64,000 nucleotides of DNA from Dehalococcoidia bacterium (lineage in GTDB: Bacteria > Chloroflexota > Dehalococcoidia > Lucifugimonadales > UBA3495): the NCBI GenBank assembly GCA_965261885.1, contig CBDHDY010000039.1, positions 10,802 through 74,801 of the forward strand. Reading direction: 5' to 3'. Below are positions 47,998-58,900 of this stretch, one piece after another. The notes under the pieces are model-generated. The model worked only from the letters and a program-made list of their open reading frames with translations. It was not told the DNA's origin and made no database searches. The position numbers and the translations under genes were made by a program. Position 1 is the stretch's first letter. The number at the start of each line of letters is the position of its first letter.

Positions 47998-49251
47998 ATG
48001 GTACAAGTCCGGGCAATACGCTCTGAAGAAGACTACGAAAACGCGCTGGCCCGGATCTCCGAGTTAATGGATGAACTATCGGGGCCTAAAGGTCAGGCAG
48101 AGGATTTGGAAACCCCCAGCCGCATTGAGCTGGACGTGCTAGTGGACCTGGTAGAACTCTACGAGGAACGCCACCATGCCATGGCATTGCCGGACCCCAT
48201 TTCTGCCATCAAGTTCCGGATGGACCAAGCCAACCTCACCGCCAGAGATCTGATGCCCTTTATCGGCAGTCGGGCCAAGGTCTCGGAGGTCCTATCGGGA
48301 AAACGATCCATCACCATGTCCATGGCCCGCGCCTTGCACCAACACCTAGGGATTTCGGCTGAGGTACTGTTGCAGGAACCGGGGGCTACCCTTTCGGATA
48401 CTGCGCCGGGCTTGGAGTACGGCAGGTTCCCGCTCACCGCCATGGCAAGGCTCGGCTGGTTCCCCGAAGCCAAAAATCTGAAGGACCGGGCTGAGGAATT
48501 AATCACCGACTTGATTAACAGGGCTGGTGTTGGTGCTTTGGCGCCGGCTCCGCTGTACCGTAAGAACGATAGCCGGAGAGTCAACGCCAAGACGGACGAC
48601 TATGCCCTTCGGGCCTGGTGTTGGCAGGTGCTGGCCCAGTCCCAGCACAGGCAGTCAAGGGTCGATTACCAGCCAGGAGTAATTACTACCGAATTACTGC
48701 GTGAAGTCGCTCAGATGAGTGTGCTGGAAGACGGACCGATCCGGGCCAGGGACTTTCTGTTCCAGCAGGGGGTCGGCCTGGAGTATGTCAAGCATTTGCC
48801 CAGGACGCATCTGGACGGCGCCGCATTGCGACTGCCCGACAGCAATCCGGTAATTGGCCTGACCCTGCGCTACGACCGGATAGACAACTTCTGGTACACC
48901 CTGCTGCACGAGTTGGCCCATGTGGGCCTTCACCTTAAGGAGTGCAGCGATGAGAACGGCTTTGTGGATGACCACAGCCTGCGCGGCGTGGAGTCCGGCG
49001 GCAGTGACACCGCCGAACAAGAGGCGGACGACATGGCGCAGGAAGCCCTGATACCTCCAGAAATCTGGGACGATGGTGTAATCATGGCAGATCCTAGTCC
49101 TATGGCAGTCCTTAGAATGGCCTGGGAAGCTCGGGTCCATCCGGCCATCGTGGCCGGACGGGTGCGGTTTGGAAAGGGCGAATACAGGCTTCTGTCCCAA
49201 TTTGTGGGAACGGGGGAAGTGCGTTGGCAGTTTGAGAGGGACGCAGGCTAA
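47998..49251 (+). CDS. higA: HigA-like HTH antitoxin fused to an ImmA/IrrE (DUF955) Zn-metallopeptidase
   Basis: EEDYENALARI...LVELYEE...PDPISAIKFRMDQ HTH; LTLRYDRIDNFWYTLLHELAH (HExxH); EQEAD. Confidence 0.88.
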   Translation: MVQVRAIRSEEDYENALARISELMDELSGPKGQAEDLETPSRIELDVLVDLVELYEERHHAMALPDPISAIKFRMDQANLTARDLMPFIGSRAKVSEVLSGKRSITMSMARALHQHLGISAEVLLQEPGATLSDTAPGLEYGRFPLTAMARLGWFPEAKNLKDRAEELITDLINRAGVGALAPAPLYRKNDSRRVNAKTDDYALRAWCWQVLAQSQHRQSRVDYQPGVITTELLREVAQMSVLEDGPIRARDFLFQQGVGLEYVKHLPRTHLDGAALRLPDSNPVIGLTLRYDRIDNFWYTLLHELAHVGLHLKECSDENGFVDDHSLRGVESGGSDTAEQEADDMAQEALIPPEIWDDGVIMADPSPMAVLRMAWEARVHPAIVAGRVRFGKGEYRLLSQFVGTGEVRWQFERDAG

Positions 49252-49267
49252 TTGTATGGAGGACAAA

Positions 49268-49543
49268 ATGGCAAATGAATCCATAAAGTGCAGCAGTTGC
49301 AGCGTTGGAGCGCACGTGATTCTCGAGGGGGATATACCCCAGCAGGTGGTCTGTCCCCAGTGTGGGACATCTGAGGACTACGCGCGGGTCAAGCAGTCGA
49401 TTGGCCACCAAGCGGCAGCATATGCAGCGGAAGAAATAGGCAAAGCCCTTAAAGGAATAGCCCGAGGAAACAAGGGAGTCAGTTATAAACCGGGGAGAAT
49501 TAGAAGTCAGCATTCCAAATTTCGAGTGGACTTTCTTCGCTAA
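49268..49543 (+). CDS. Small Zn-ribbon-like protein
   Basis: GGAGG RBS. CSSC...CPQC motifs. 91 aa. Confidence 0.6.
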   Translation: MANESIKCSSCSVGAHVILEGDIPQQVVCPQCGTSEDYARVKQSIGHQAAAYAAEEIGKALKGIARGNKGVSYKPGRIRSQHSKFRVDFLR

Positions 49544-49567
49544 ATCCCAGGAGAATTGAGGGTAATC

Positions 49568-49852
49568 ATGCCAGTAAGTGGAGGAACCAGGTCGTTAGAA
49601 GGAAAACGCGGCGGAGTCCGGGGATACACCCCCTGGCAGGGGAAATGCGCTCAGTACGTTACCAAAGGCGGCCAACGGGTGCCTTGCGACCGTCCTTGCA
49701 AGGGCTATTACTGCGAAAAACATGGGGCGGTCGGAGCTCTCTTAGCTCTACGAATTTGGAAAAGAACTGTGGCCAGAGAATGGAGCGAAACTGTTTGGAG
49801 GGAACTCGCCGATTTGGAGTATGGTAGTCTCCCCTTTGGTACCGAACACTGA
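49568..49852 (+). CDS. Small Cys/His-rich putative Zn-finger protein
   Basis: GAGG RBS. KCAQY...PCDRPCKGYYCEKH. 94 aa. Confidence 0.55.
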   Translation: MPVSGGTRSLEGKRGGVRGYTPWQGKCAQYVTKGGQRVPCDRPCKGYYCEKHGAVGALLALRIWKRTVAREWSETVWRELADLEYGSLPFGTEH

Positions 49853-50051
49853 CGGGCCCGTACAGAGCGTACGGAACCAATCGCCCAGAAATAGTTTCGG
49901 AAACCAAAGTAGCAATTTCCACCGATGAATTCAGCGTGCTGCACTGGTTCTATATGTCAATGGCGCCGAGAAATTGGGCCATCAGGGCGGAGTGACGGTG
50001 GCCTACCTGTGTTACTGTTTAACGTCAACTACTTTTGCCGGTTGGCGTCGA

Positions 50052-50858
50052 TTATTCTTGCCGGTTCACCTCCTTATCCTGCCCCCGCTGCTGGGCCACT
50101 CCGGTCCGGTAGCTGGGGACGTTGAATTCCAGGATGACCGAGTGATGGACCACCCGGTCGATGGCCGCCGCGGTGGCCATGGGGTTGGCGAAGATGTGCT
50201 CCCACTGGGAGAAGACCAGGTTGGAGGTGATGCCCAGGGACCGGCGCTCGTAGCGTTCTGCGATGAGGGTGAAGAGCAGCTCCGACTCCTCGGCCCCCTG
50301 GGGCAGGTAGCCCAGGTCGTCCAGCAGCAGGAAGTCGTAGCTGTCGAGCTTCCGTAGTTGTCGCGGCAGGGCCAGGTCTCGCTTGGCTGCCAGCAGATCC
50401 TGCACCAGCCGGTAGGCCGGGGCGAAGAGCACCGAGCGGCCCGACTCCACCAGCCGGTGGCCCAAGGCGCACAGGGCGTGTGTTTTCCCGGTGCCGGGAA
50501 GACCGAAGGCCAGGACGTTGACGCCGCGGTCGACGAAGCTGCCGTCGGCCAGTTCCCCCAGTTGCTGTCTGAGAGACAGAGGCACCCGGTCGTGCTCGAA
50601 GGTTTCCCAGGTCTTGCCCGCCGGCAGCCTGGACGCGGTGCGCAGCCTGCTGATGCGCCGCTGCCTGCGGTCCTCGGCCTCCTGCTCCAGTACTTCCAGG
50701 AGAGTCTCCAGGGCGTCGCCGTGGCCGGCTGCAGTGAAGCGGGACACCGACTGCGCACCCATGGTGGGCAGCCGGAACTGGTGGCACAGCTCCCCGATCC
50801 GCTCCTGTATGGCCACTGTGTCCGTCATCAGGGTGTCAGTAGTCAGGGTGTCCAGCAT
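50052..50858 (-). CDS. istB: IS21 helper ATPase IstB
   Basis: GLPGTGKT, LLLDDLGY, LGITSNL, AAIDRVVHH. ATGA overlap with the istA stop. Confidence 0.93.
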   Translation of the reverse strand: MLDTLTTDTLMTDTVAIQERIGELCHQFRLPTMGAQSVSRFTAAGHGDALETLLEVLEQEAEDRRQRRISRLRTASRLPAGKTWETFEHDRVPLSLRQQLGELADGSFVDRGVNVLAFGLPGTGKTHALCALGHRLVESGRSVLFAPAYRLVQDLLAAKRDLALPRQLRKLDSYDFLLLDDLGYLPQGAEESELLFTLIAERYERRSLGITSNLVFSQWEHIFANPMATAAAIDRVVHHSVILEFNVPSYRTGVAQQRGQDKEVNRQE

Positions 50859-52339
50859 CAGGCCACCTCCGCCAGCAGGGAGTCGTAGACCCTCAGGTCC
50901 GGCGTCCCGGGCAGGCTGAGTGCCGGCGCCTGCAGCGGCGCGGGACTGGCCAGCTCCCTGATTGCGGCGTAGTCGAAGGGTCCGCCCGCCTCCAAGAGCA
51001 GGGCCAGGGCGCTGTCCACCGTGGTCTCCATGGTCGTCGCCGCCAGGTGCAGGATGCGCACGTACTCCACGTCGGCCCGCTCCCCACGCCATTCCCGGAG
51101 CGCATCGTAGGCCAGGCGAAAGGTCATGGTGGGAAACATCTGCTCCCGGAACCGGTAGCGGGCGAAGGCCCCGGGCTTGCGCACCAGGGAGCCGATGACG
51201 TGGCGGTAGTCAACCCGGGCCTCTTTCTCGCCCCGCACCCGCTCCATTCGATCCACGAAGGTGCCCTTGTAGTACACTTCCAAGTGTTCGGCGTACAGCC
51301 GGATCTGCACCTCCCTCCCGATGAGCCGGGAGGGCACGGTGTAGGTCCGTCCGGCTGCCTGGATGGTGCTCCACTTGCGCACCCGGGCCCGGTGGTTGAC
51401 GTACTCCGGCACCGGGGCTGGGGGCAGGGAAAGCAGATGTGGGCGCTCTTCCTCCAGCTTCCCCATCACCAGCCGGTTGCGCCGGTCCACCACCTTGCGG
51501 ACGAAGCCGGCGTACTCCTCAAGGGAGTTGAAGTCGCGGCTGCCCCGCAGCATGAGGGCTTGGTCGATGGCGTCCTTGAGCCGGTAGTGGGCCTGCTCGG
51601 CAACGCCGTTCTCATGGGACTCTCCTGCATTTATCAGGGTGGACTCGAGCCCATAGTGGTCCAGAAGCTCGGCGTAGCTGCCGTTCAGGGCCCTGCCGCG
51701 GCTGCGCCTCATCTCGTGGGTGGCGGCCGAGGTGTTGTCCGAGCGGATCACCCGAGGCGCACCGCCCAGCTCCCACAGGGCGTTCTGTAGCCCCTGCTTC
51801 AGGGCCAGGAAGGTCTCCCCGGTGGCCACCTGGGCATAGCGCCACCCGGAATGGCTCAGCACCAACTGGAACAGCCGGTGGCGATAGGCCCGACCGCCGA
51901 CGGTCACTCCCAGGGAGTTGCAGTGGGTGAAGTCGAGCTGGGCCTCGCGGCCCGGGGGATGCTCCTGGGGGAAGTAGACCTCTTGGTCCGGGCCGTTGAG
52001 CGCTCGCCAGTCTTGTAATCGTCGTTGCAGGGTGCGCAGCTGCGAGGCGCTGAACCGGCCGGGATGCCGCTCCTCCAGCCACTCGATAATTGTCGTTGCC
52101 CTGAGCCTGCCGGCGGCCTCGCCCAGGAGCAGGGGCAGGATCTCCTTCTCCCAGACTCCGTCGAAGGGATCGGGACGGGTGCGCCACTGGCGCTCAGTCT
52201 TGGTCTCCGACGGCAACGGGCCGCACTGCCACTTGCGGGCCGAGCGCTCGCTCATCCCCGCCATTGCCGCCGCCGTATGTTGCGTCTTTCCTTCCATTCG
52301 TCTCTGCCTCAGTGTTGCGACTTGCTGATCTGTAACCAA
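50858..52339 (-). CDS. istA: IS21 transposase IstA
   Basis: WRTRPDPF, PPGREAQLDFT, RSDNTSAAT, HENGVAE, YTVPSRLIG. 493 aa. Confidence 0.93.
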   Translation of the reverse strand: MVTDQQVATLRQRRMEGKTQHTAAAMAGMSERSARKWQCGPLPSETKTERQWRTRPDPFDGVWEKEILPLLLGEAAGRLRATTIIEWLEERHPGRFSASQLRTLQRRLQDWRALNGPDQEVYFPQEHPPGREAQLDFTHCNSLGVTVGGRAYRHRLFQLVLSHSGWRYAQVATGETFLALKQGLQNALWELGGAPRVIRSDNTSAATHEMRRSRGRALNGSYAELLDHYGLESTLINAGESHENGVAEQAHYRLKDAIDQALMLRGSRDFNSLEEYAGFVRKVVDRRNRLVMGKLEEERPHLLSLPPAPVPEYVNHRARVRKWSTIQAAGRTYTVPSRLIGREVQIRLYAEHLEVYYKGTFVDRMERVRGEKEARVDYRHVIGSLVRKPGAFARYRFREQMFPTMTFRLAYDALREWRGERADVEYVRILHLAATTMETTVDSALALLLEAGGPFDYAAIRELASPAPLQAPALSLPGTPDLRVYDSLLAEVA

Positions 52340-52597
52340 TCCGGCACCTCCTGTACCGGATGATTACTCTTGGGGACCGGCAAAAATAGTCGTCGCCAAC
52401 CGGCAAGACTAATTGTCGTTGATCATTGAGGCTGAGAATGAGCCTCACAGTGCCCCTGGCGGCGCCATGCGGTTTCTGCTTGACGTGGGTTTTGCGTGAG
52501 GAGTTCTGACGAACTCGTGAGTTCAACCTGTTGTGGCGGCGGGTTCCCACACGCGCCACGCAGTCGAGCAGCCGGTTCGGCCCCTGAGGGGCGGGCA

Positions 52598-52634
52598 AAG
52601 AGAGAGGCCGAGCGGTGGTGCTCGGCCCTTCTCT
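52598..52634 (-). terminator. Candidate intrinsic terminator downstream of the LLM gene
   Basis: GGCCGAGC/GCTCGGCC stem followed on the minus strand by TCTCTCTTTG. Confidence 0.4.
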
Positions 52635-52792
52635 TATCTGTGGCGTGGCCCCCTCTCTGTGGGGAGGCCCGGAGGTGTTGCGGCAGTGGACCGGCCTTCC
52701 GGGTCACGCAATGGCTACCGTTGTAGCCCTGTGTCGGGCCACCAGGTTTTCCTGGGTCTTGGCGGGTTCGGGCCATGGTGGGACCCAAGTGG

Positions 52793-52824
52793 AGGGGCGG
52801 CACCAACTGAATGGTGCCGCCCCT
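52793..52824. other. Perfect 13-bp hairpin 3' of the LLM gene
   Basis: AGGGGCGGCACCA-actgaa-TGGTGCCGCCCCT, with no U-tract. Confidence 0.6.
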
Positions 52825-52869
52825 GGTTGTTGCTCTGCTGGCCTGGTTTGTTGGGGCGCGGCTGGCGGC

Positions 52870-54000
52870 CTATCCGCCGACGAACCCCGGCATCACTTTT
52901 GTGGCGAATCTCTCCAGGTTCCTGAGAGAATTCTTGAGCGACATTCCTGGGTGGGTGAACTCGACCAGCAGGTAGTCCAGGTTGCAGACCTCCTGCAGTT
53001 CCTGCACCTTCTCGACGACGTTGTCGGGAGAACCAACGAGGAGTGTGCGCGGCTCCAGGAAGTCCCAGTCGAGCTTCACGTCCTGCGCCAGCTCCTCGCC
53101 GGGGTTGGTGAACACCTGCCTGCCCCGGAACGGGTCGTTGTAGGTGAAGGAGGACATGATCGCGGCCTCCGCGTCCCTGCGGGCCTCCTCCATGGACGAG
53201 GCTACGTAGGTCGAGCGCATGACGGCCTGGCCCTCGCCGATGGAGAACGGCCTGCCCTCCAGTTTGGACCGGACCTCGGCGTAGAGTTCCATCCTCTGCC
53301 GGATCCTGGCAGGCGGGGGTTGCCAGTAGCAGGCATTCAGCCTCATCTCGGCCGCGGTGGCGACCGAGCTGTCGGTGGATACGGTCATCCACAGCGGCGG
53401 ATGGGGCTGCTGATAGGGCCTGGGAGTCACCCGGAGCCTGGTGACCCGCTCGCCATCCTGCCATGACGGGTCCGGAGGGATGGACGGGTGGGAGAACACC
53501 GTGCCCTCGGCAGGGAAATGGTAGTTGGGGCCGTCGTGGGAGAAGTAAGTATCCGCCCATATCTTGCGGACGATATCGATAGTTTCCCGGAAGAGCTCGC
53601 GGTTCTCCTCGTTCTTCCGGGGGTCGGCGTTGGGGTGGAACTGCGGACCCTCGTAGGGCCAGATACCGCGGCCGAAGCCGACCTCAATCCGGCCACGCGT
53701 CATGTTATCGAGGATGGCCAGATCCTCGGCAAGACGTATGGGGTGCCACCAAGGAGCGATGTTGGCCATCTGCCCGATGCGTATCCTGGAGGTACGGGCC
53801 GCCAGGTCTGCTCCCAGCAGGATCGGGTTCGGGAGGTCGCCGACTCCATAGGGGCCGAAGTGGTGCTCTCCGAGCCAGATGGCTTCGAAACCCAGTTCCT
53901 CGGCCAGGATGGTCTGCTGTCTCAGGTTGTCCAGCATGTCGGCGGCGTTGGTGGCCTCACCTGCGGATGCCGCCACGGTGGTGAACGCTGCGAACCTCAT
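52870..54000 (-). CDS. LLM class flavin-dependent oxidoreductase (luciferase-like monooxygenase)
   Basis: AEELGFEAIWLGEHHF, AARTSRIRIG, HPIRLAEDLAILDNMTRGRIEVGFGRG, PRPYQQPHPPLW, LVGSPD, FATKVMP. Confidence 0.95.
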   Translation of the reverse strand: MRFAAFTTVAASAGEATNAADMLDNLRQQTILAEELGFEAIWLGEHHFGPYGVGDLPNPILLGADLAARTSRIRIGQMANIAPWWHPIRLAEDLAILDNMTRGRIEVGFGRGIWPYEGPQFHPNADPRKNEENRELFRETIDIVRKIWADTYFSHDGPNYHFPAEGTVFSHPSIPPDPSWQDGERVTRLRVTPRPYQQPHPPLWMTVSTDSSVATAAEMRLNACYWQPPPARIRQRMELYAEVRSKLEGRPFSIGEGQAVMRSTYVASSMEEARRDAEAAIMSSFTYNDPFRGRQVFTNPGEELAQDVKLDWDFLEPRTLLVGSPDNVVEKVQELQEVCNLDYLLVEFTHPGMSLKNSLRNLERFATKVMPGFVGG

Positions 54001-54719
54001 GGTGGTGCCTCCGTGCCGTCGGGCTGCCTGCCTGGGCTTGTCGTGAAACGGAAGGTATCACACGGCACAGGACGTAGGTACTGGGGGACAGCCTTGCCGA
54101 GACGTTGCCACCGTGCAGAAGCGACGGATGGTCCGGCATGTGTAAACGACAGAACCAGTTGATCCACCGCAGGTGCTTGCCTGAGATGAAGACCGCCAGC
54201 TCGCCCACGTCCTTCACGACGAAGCTGTTGATGCGGTTGGTGACCAAGGTCGCGACGCCGATGATCTTGCTCAACTCGGGCAACTGGGCGCCAGGAACCC
54301 GACCAGCTGGCTCGCAAACTATTCGTCCAGCCGCTCACCTGTCTCGTGGGTGAGCGGGATGAGTTCCTCAAGGGTAATGGTAGTGCCTTCCTGGTCTCCA
54401 TATCCGTTGGGTCCCATCCGGCGGGCGCGACCCGTAATCTGCCGGGGAGCATCGGGGTCGTTCAGGTAGCCGATCATCAGGTTGGCCGTCAGTCCGGAAG
54501 CGGCTACAGTGGCACGCGAGGGTGCGCTCTGCGAATTCTCCCGGCGACGCATTTGGAGACTGCTCGTGTAACCTCCAGGCCGCCTCCGGCACGCTGGCCT
54601 GCAGGGTATCGGTCGCCGCAGTAAACGGGTGGCGGGTAGACCGGCCGGATATCAAGTAGATGGTCTGCTCGTTGCACCCGATCAGCCACTTGATCCGCCG
54701 CATGCATGCCAAGGGCGAG

Positions 54720-54836
54720 TAATCCCTCAGCGATCTCGCCGAGTTCTTATCCGTCTCAAGACCAACCGTTTATCGCACACTCAACCGGCACCTTTCCCCT
54801 TAGCGTACGATCCTGCCCCTTACCGGAATCGACCCG
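54720..54836 (+). mobile_element. Tn3-family 38-bp IR plus resolvase 3' tail (solo end)
   Basis: Reverse complement of 62575-62690. IR CGGGTCGATTCCGGTAAGGGGCAGGATCGTACGCTAAG at 54799-54836. Confidence 0.8.
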
Positions 54837-55584
54837 TGATCGGGCAGAAATCGTCCCGGCCCTCCAGTTCGTGATGGACTTGCATTGACCAACCGAAGCA
54901 ATATTCGTAGATCTGGGCCTCGTATTCCGGCGGACAGCACAGCTCATATCCTCCCGACGACAACGCGCGCAGCGTGGTTTGGGCCAACAGGTCCCGGGTC
55001 TCGCTTGGAATGAGCCGAAACATCAGGGAGCGCCCGACGGAATTGGTGTATTCCTGCCAGCTGTCGAATAACCTTCTGCGCCGCCGCGTCCGCTCCGCCG
55101 TCGCATCGCCAATCTCCAACAGTTCCTCCACCGTTTTCCCAAGATGGCATATCGGCGGGTCCAGCAAGACCAGGCCGGCATAACCGTCTTCGTCCTCGAC
55201 TTGATGCAGTAGGGCCGCGATGCCCGCTACAGAGTGGAAAACGCCAATGCGAGGCTTTGCTCCGAAGTGAATATCGGTCGCCTCGGCAATTGTCCTGCTG
55301 TCGCTGGCGAAGGTTGGCATATTATGCCCCCGACGCTCTCCCACCGGGTTCCAGCCATGGTTGCGGAGGTCCCAGAGTACGAGGTCGAAGCGGTCCATGA
55401 GCAACCTCCACATGGGATAGTAGAGGTCTGCAGCCAGCCCGTTCCCGTGGCTGAACATGATCCGTGGCCCGGTGGGGTTGCCGTGGCGACGCAGGGTGAT
55501 GGACGCGCCGTCGGCCATGCGGATTTCCGCAGTCTCCCGCGGCTCGGGTATTCGACTAACCGGACTATCGGTGTCGTTGATCAC
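54837..55584 (-). pseudogene. Alpha/beta hydrolase truncated by the Tn3 end
   Basis: SHGNG oxyanion motif, WDLRNHG, FHSVAG nucleophile elbow. The frame runs into the IR before the expected catalytic His region. Confidence 0.75.
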
Positions 55585-55942
55585 GATTCCTCATTGGCGT
55601 AGTCCAGCACCGGCGTTGCGACCGTCTTCTCGGTCTCGCTCGCCGCGCTGAATCACCTCTTGAACTTCGTCCTCCACTTCCAGGTGAATTCTCAGCATCC
55701 CTCACGTCAACCGGTACCTGCGGTGAATAGGGAATAAATTAGGAGCAAGTGGAAACCAAAGATCCGGCATACTCGCAGTTGGAGCGACGTTGGGTCGATC
55801 GCCACGTCACCCTTTCCGGCGCAACCCATGTCGCTAACCACCATGCCGCAAAACCGACAGGCGTGGTCAATCTGTTTCGTTCCCGCGCCCGCCGCAGTGG
55901 GAGGGTGCCCTCTCCGGTCGTGGGCGCATCCCGCCCACCTCA

Positions 55943-58900
55943 TCATTGCTGCACTGCAATGGTGACGGCAGGGCTGTTGATCAGCTCCATTCCATCAGCC
56001 GTACAGATACTGCCGTCCGCCGCGCAACCCGGGTCCGGCTGCAGGGTGACGACGATCTCGGCTGCTGAATCGGGCCGCACCGTGATATTCCAAGCACGAT
56101 CCGAGCCTTGCGTCACACGCTTGGCCTTGGTGATCGCGCCGTTGGTCGCCGACAGGGCGTGGTCCCGCAGGGTCCGGAAGCTCAGGGGTACGTCTTCGGT
56201 GAACTTCAGGCCGACGGTGAACCGGTCAACGCCGTTGTGACTCCCCGGTATATTCATGAAGTACCCTGCCGGAGGTGGTGACGATCTTTCGGGCAGGCTC
56301 TCTGAACCTGCCACCGGAACGATGCTGACGTCCAACGAATCGCCGTCAGCCCAACCCATGTCGTCGACCGCCCACCAGTAGCGTCCCGCCGCCGCAGTCG
56401 CCGGCTTCAAACTCTCGCTGGCCACGAATTCCTGATCTCCAATGGTCAGCGTGAAATCTCCGGGATGCTCCCTGGACACGTTCAGGTAAAGCCCACCGGC
56501 GAAGTGGATGATGCCAACAACGCGGTACCACGATCCATCCACGACGAAACTCTGTTCGGAGACCCCGCCGATATCGGTTCCCCACAGCGTGTACCCGGTG
56601 AGTGGCGGCACGTACGAGTTGTCGACGCCCACGGTCAGCGTCGCCGACCAGCCGGCGGCTCGGGTCACGGTGATCTGATAGATCAAGACGGTGGTGCCAT
56701 CCTCGGCGGTCACCGTGACCTCGACCAGATTGTCGCCCGCTACGAGCGACGGAACCGTGATGCCGTCGGTGAAATCGTCGTCGGTGATCGCGGTGCCGGC
56801 CAGGGTGACGCCGCTTACCTCGGCGCCGCCGTAGCTCTTGGTTCCGGTCAGCGTGACACTGGTCACAGCGGCGCCCACCGAGGCGGTGTATTCGGTCGTG
56901 GCCGAGCTGAACGCGGGCGACGGTGTGATCGCAGTTCCGTTGGCATCGACGATGGTCAGGTCGCTCAACGTGGCGTCGGTTGAGGCGTCCTTCTCAACAT
57001 GAATCTTGTAGATCTTGATTCGCGATCCGTCAGGCGAGGTGACCATGAATTTGACCAGATTGTCGCCCGGTACGAGCGGCCAGGCGGCGTCGTAGGCCGT
57101 GGAGTCCGTGTCCTCGTCGCCACCGACGTAGACGATGCTCTCCACGGTTCCGCTGGTGCTCGGCGTCGCGACTCCGGTGAGCGAGTCGAGTTCGCGGTTC
57201 GCGGTTGCCGTGTAGAGGAACTTGTACTCATTGAATGCCGGAGTCAGCGCGATCGTGGCGCCATCGGAACCGGTCAGCGTGATCGAACTCAGCGTGGCGT
57301 CGGTCTGGGGGGTCTGGTCGTTGTTGATGATCAGACCCGAAGCAGAAGTGACGTAACCCAGTTGGGCGTTCTCGGACGGGTTGCTGAGCTCGACAGTGAA
57401 GCTCTCGTCGTCCTCGTCGGTTGAGTCGGCCGTTGTGTCAATCGTGACGGTCTTCTCGGTCTCGCTGGCGGCGAAGGTCAGTGTCGCGTTGGATACGGCG
57501 GTGTAGTCGGAGTCGGCCGTGGTCGCGCTGTCGTCGGCTGTGCTGTATTCAACCGTGACTTCTTCTGCCAGCGCTGAGCTGAGGCTGACCGTGAATTGGA
57601 CACCCGTGCCCTCAACGGCCTCTGATCCTTCAATCGAGAGGGTCGGCGTACCAGCTGCCAGCGGCGAATTGAGCACCATCACCAGAGCCGCTGTGAACCC
57701 TCCCAGGGCGGATGCGCAGGGTGTTGTTGACAAGGTGTTAGAGTAGACTGCACGACAACGGTCGGCCATGCTCCAGCCCTCATCGCTGTCTGGATCTTCG
57801 TCGTCGTCCTTGGTGTGAAGCAGAGACACTTCTCCCTGGATTAATTCGGCGTACGCGAAATAGGTCGTGTTGGCGGCCAATGTGATCGGTGCACCGGCCG
57901 CCGCGTTGAAGGTGAGTTCGGAACCGACCCCATTGCCAAGGCTCGAGAAGTCCGGCCGAGTCAACGTATGCAGCTTGGCGGCGGGATCGATTCCGCTCGC
58001 CGAGTAGATGTGAACGTCTATCAGGGCATTGTTGCTTCGTTTGCGGAATTCCGGAAGCGTGACGCTGCCCAGGAGGGCCGACTCAGAACCGGTGGTGAAT
58101 GCTTGCGCGCGTGCTTTGAATTGGCTCCCCATCCCCAACTGCTCAGTCGAGGGATACCGTTGTGTGGCGTTGCCGACCAGGACCGTATTATCGGCGGTCG
58201 CCGCGCTGATCGGTGTCGCCCTGTCCCGGCTCACGGACGTTGGCTCTTGGGTGGACTGGCCGGCTTCGTTGTAGGCGATGACCTGGACATCGTATACGAC
58301 CCCTCCGGTCAGTCCGGTGATCGTATGAGTCCTGGTCTTGCCGTCGACGACGTCATGGCGGCGACCGAACGAGCCATCGGTGTCGTAGGCCTCCGCGCCC
58401 GACTTCCACATCACGTGGTAGCCGCCGGCCGCGGCGACTTCACGCCAGGTGACGATGATCGATTCGATTGCTTCCACGGCTGCCACATCTCTGGTGAGCG
58501 CAGGGTTCTTCAGTTGGAGCTTGAGCCGCGCAATCCTGTTGTTGCTGAATTTGCCGGAGTTGCGCAAACTCGCGATTGTGCCCTGCGGTGATGTTGCCGT
58601 GGTGCTGGTCGCAAACTCCGTGCCGTCCAGAGTGCCGGCGTCGAACGGGAACAGGTCGATGAAGATGCTGTTGTTGTTGCCGGGTGTGGGCCAGGTGCCT
58701 CCACTTCGCAGATCGTGTGCGCTGACGCCGGCGAACCAGTCCGAGGTCGGGTTGATCTTGACAAGGACCGTGAGGCAACTGAATTCGTCCTCTACTGGAA
58801 CGCTGTTCGGGCCATTCTTATTGCCCGTGGGTGAGTTTGGAGCACCGATCGTCCACGACGCCTGTGCGTTTCCAGCCGCAACGGCCGCAGTGACTTCCGC

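Larger units (their letters stand above)
50016..52425 (-). mobile_element. IS21 family element, complete
   Basis: TG...CA ends with internally repeated TTGCCGGTTGGCG motifs (50016 onward; 52370-52425). Carries istA-istB. Confidence 0.92.

Noticed and set aside
54000-54715. Protein-like fragments between the LLM gene and the Tn3 end
   Set aside because: Probably a decayed gene, but no family could be assigned, and it is not clearly the missing hydrolase C-terminus.
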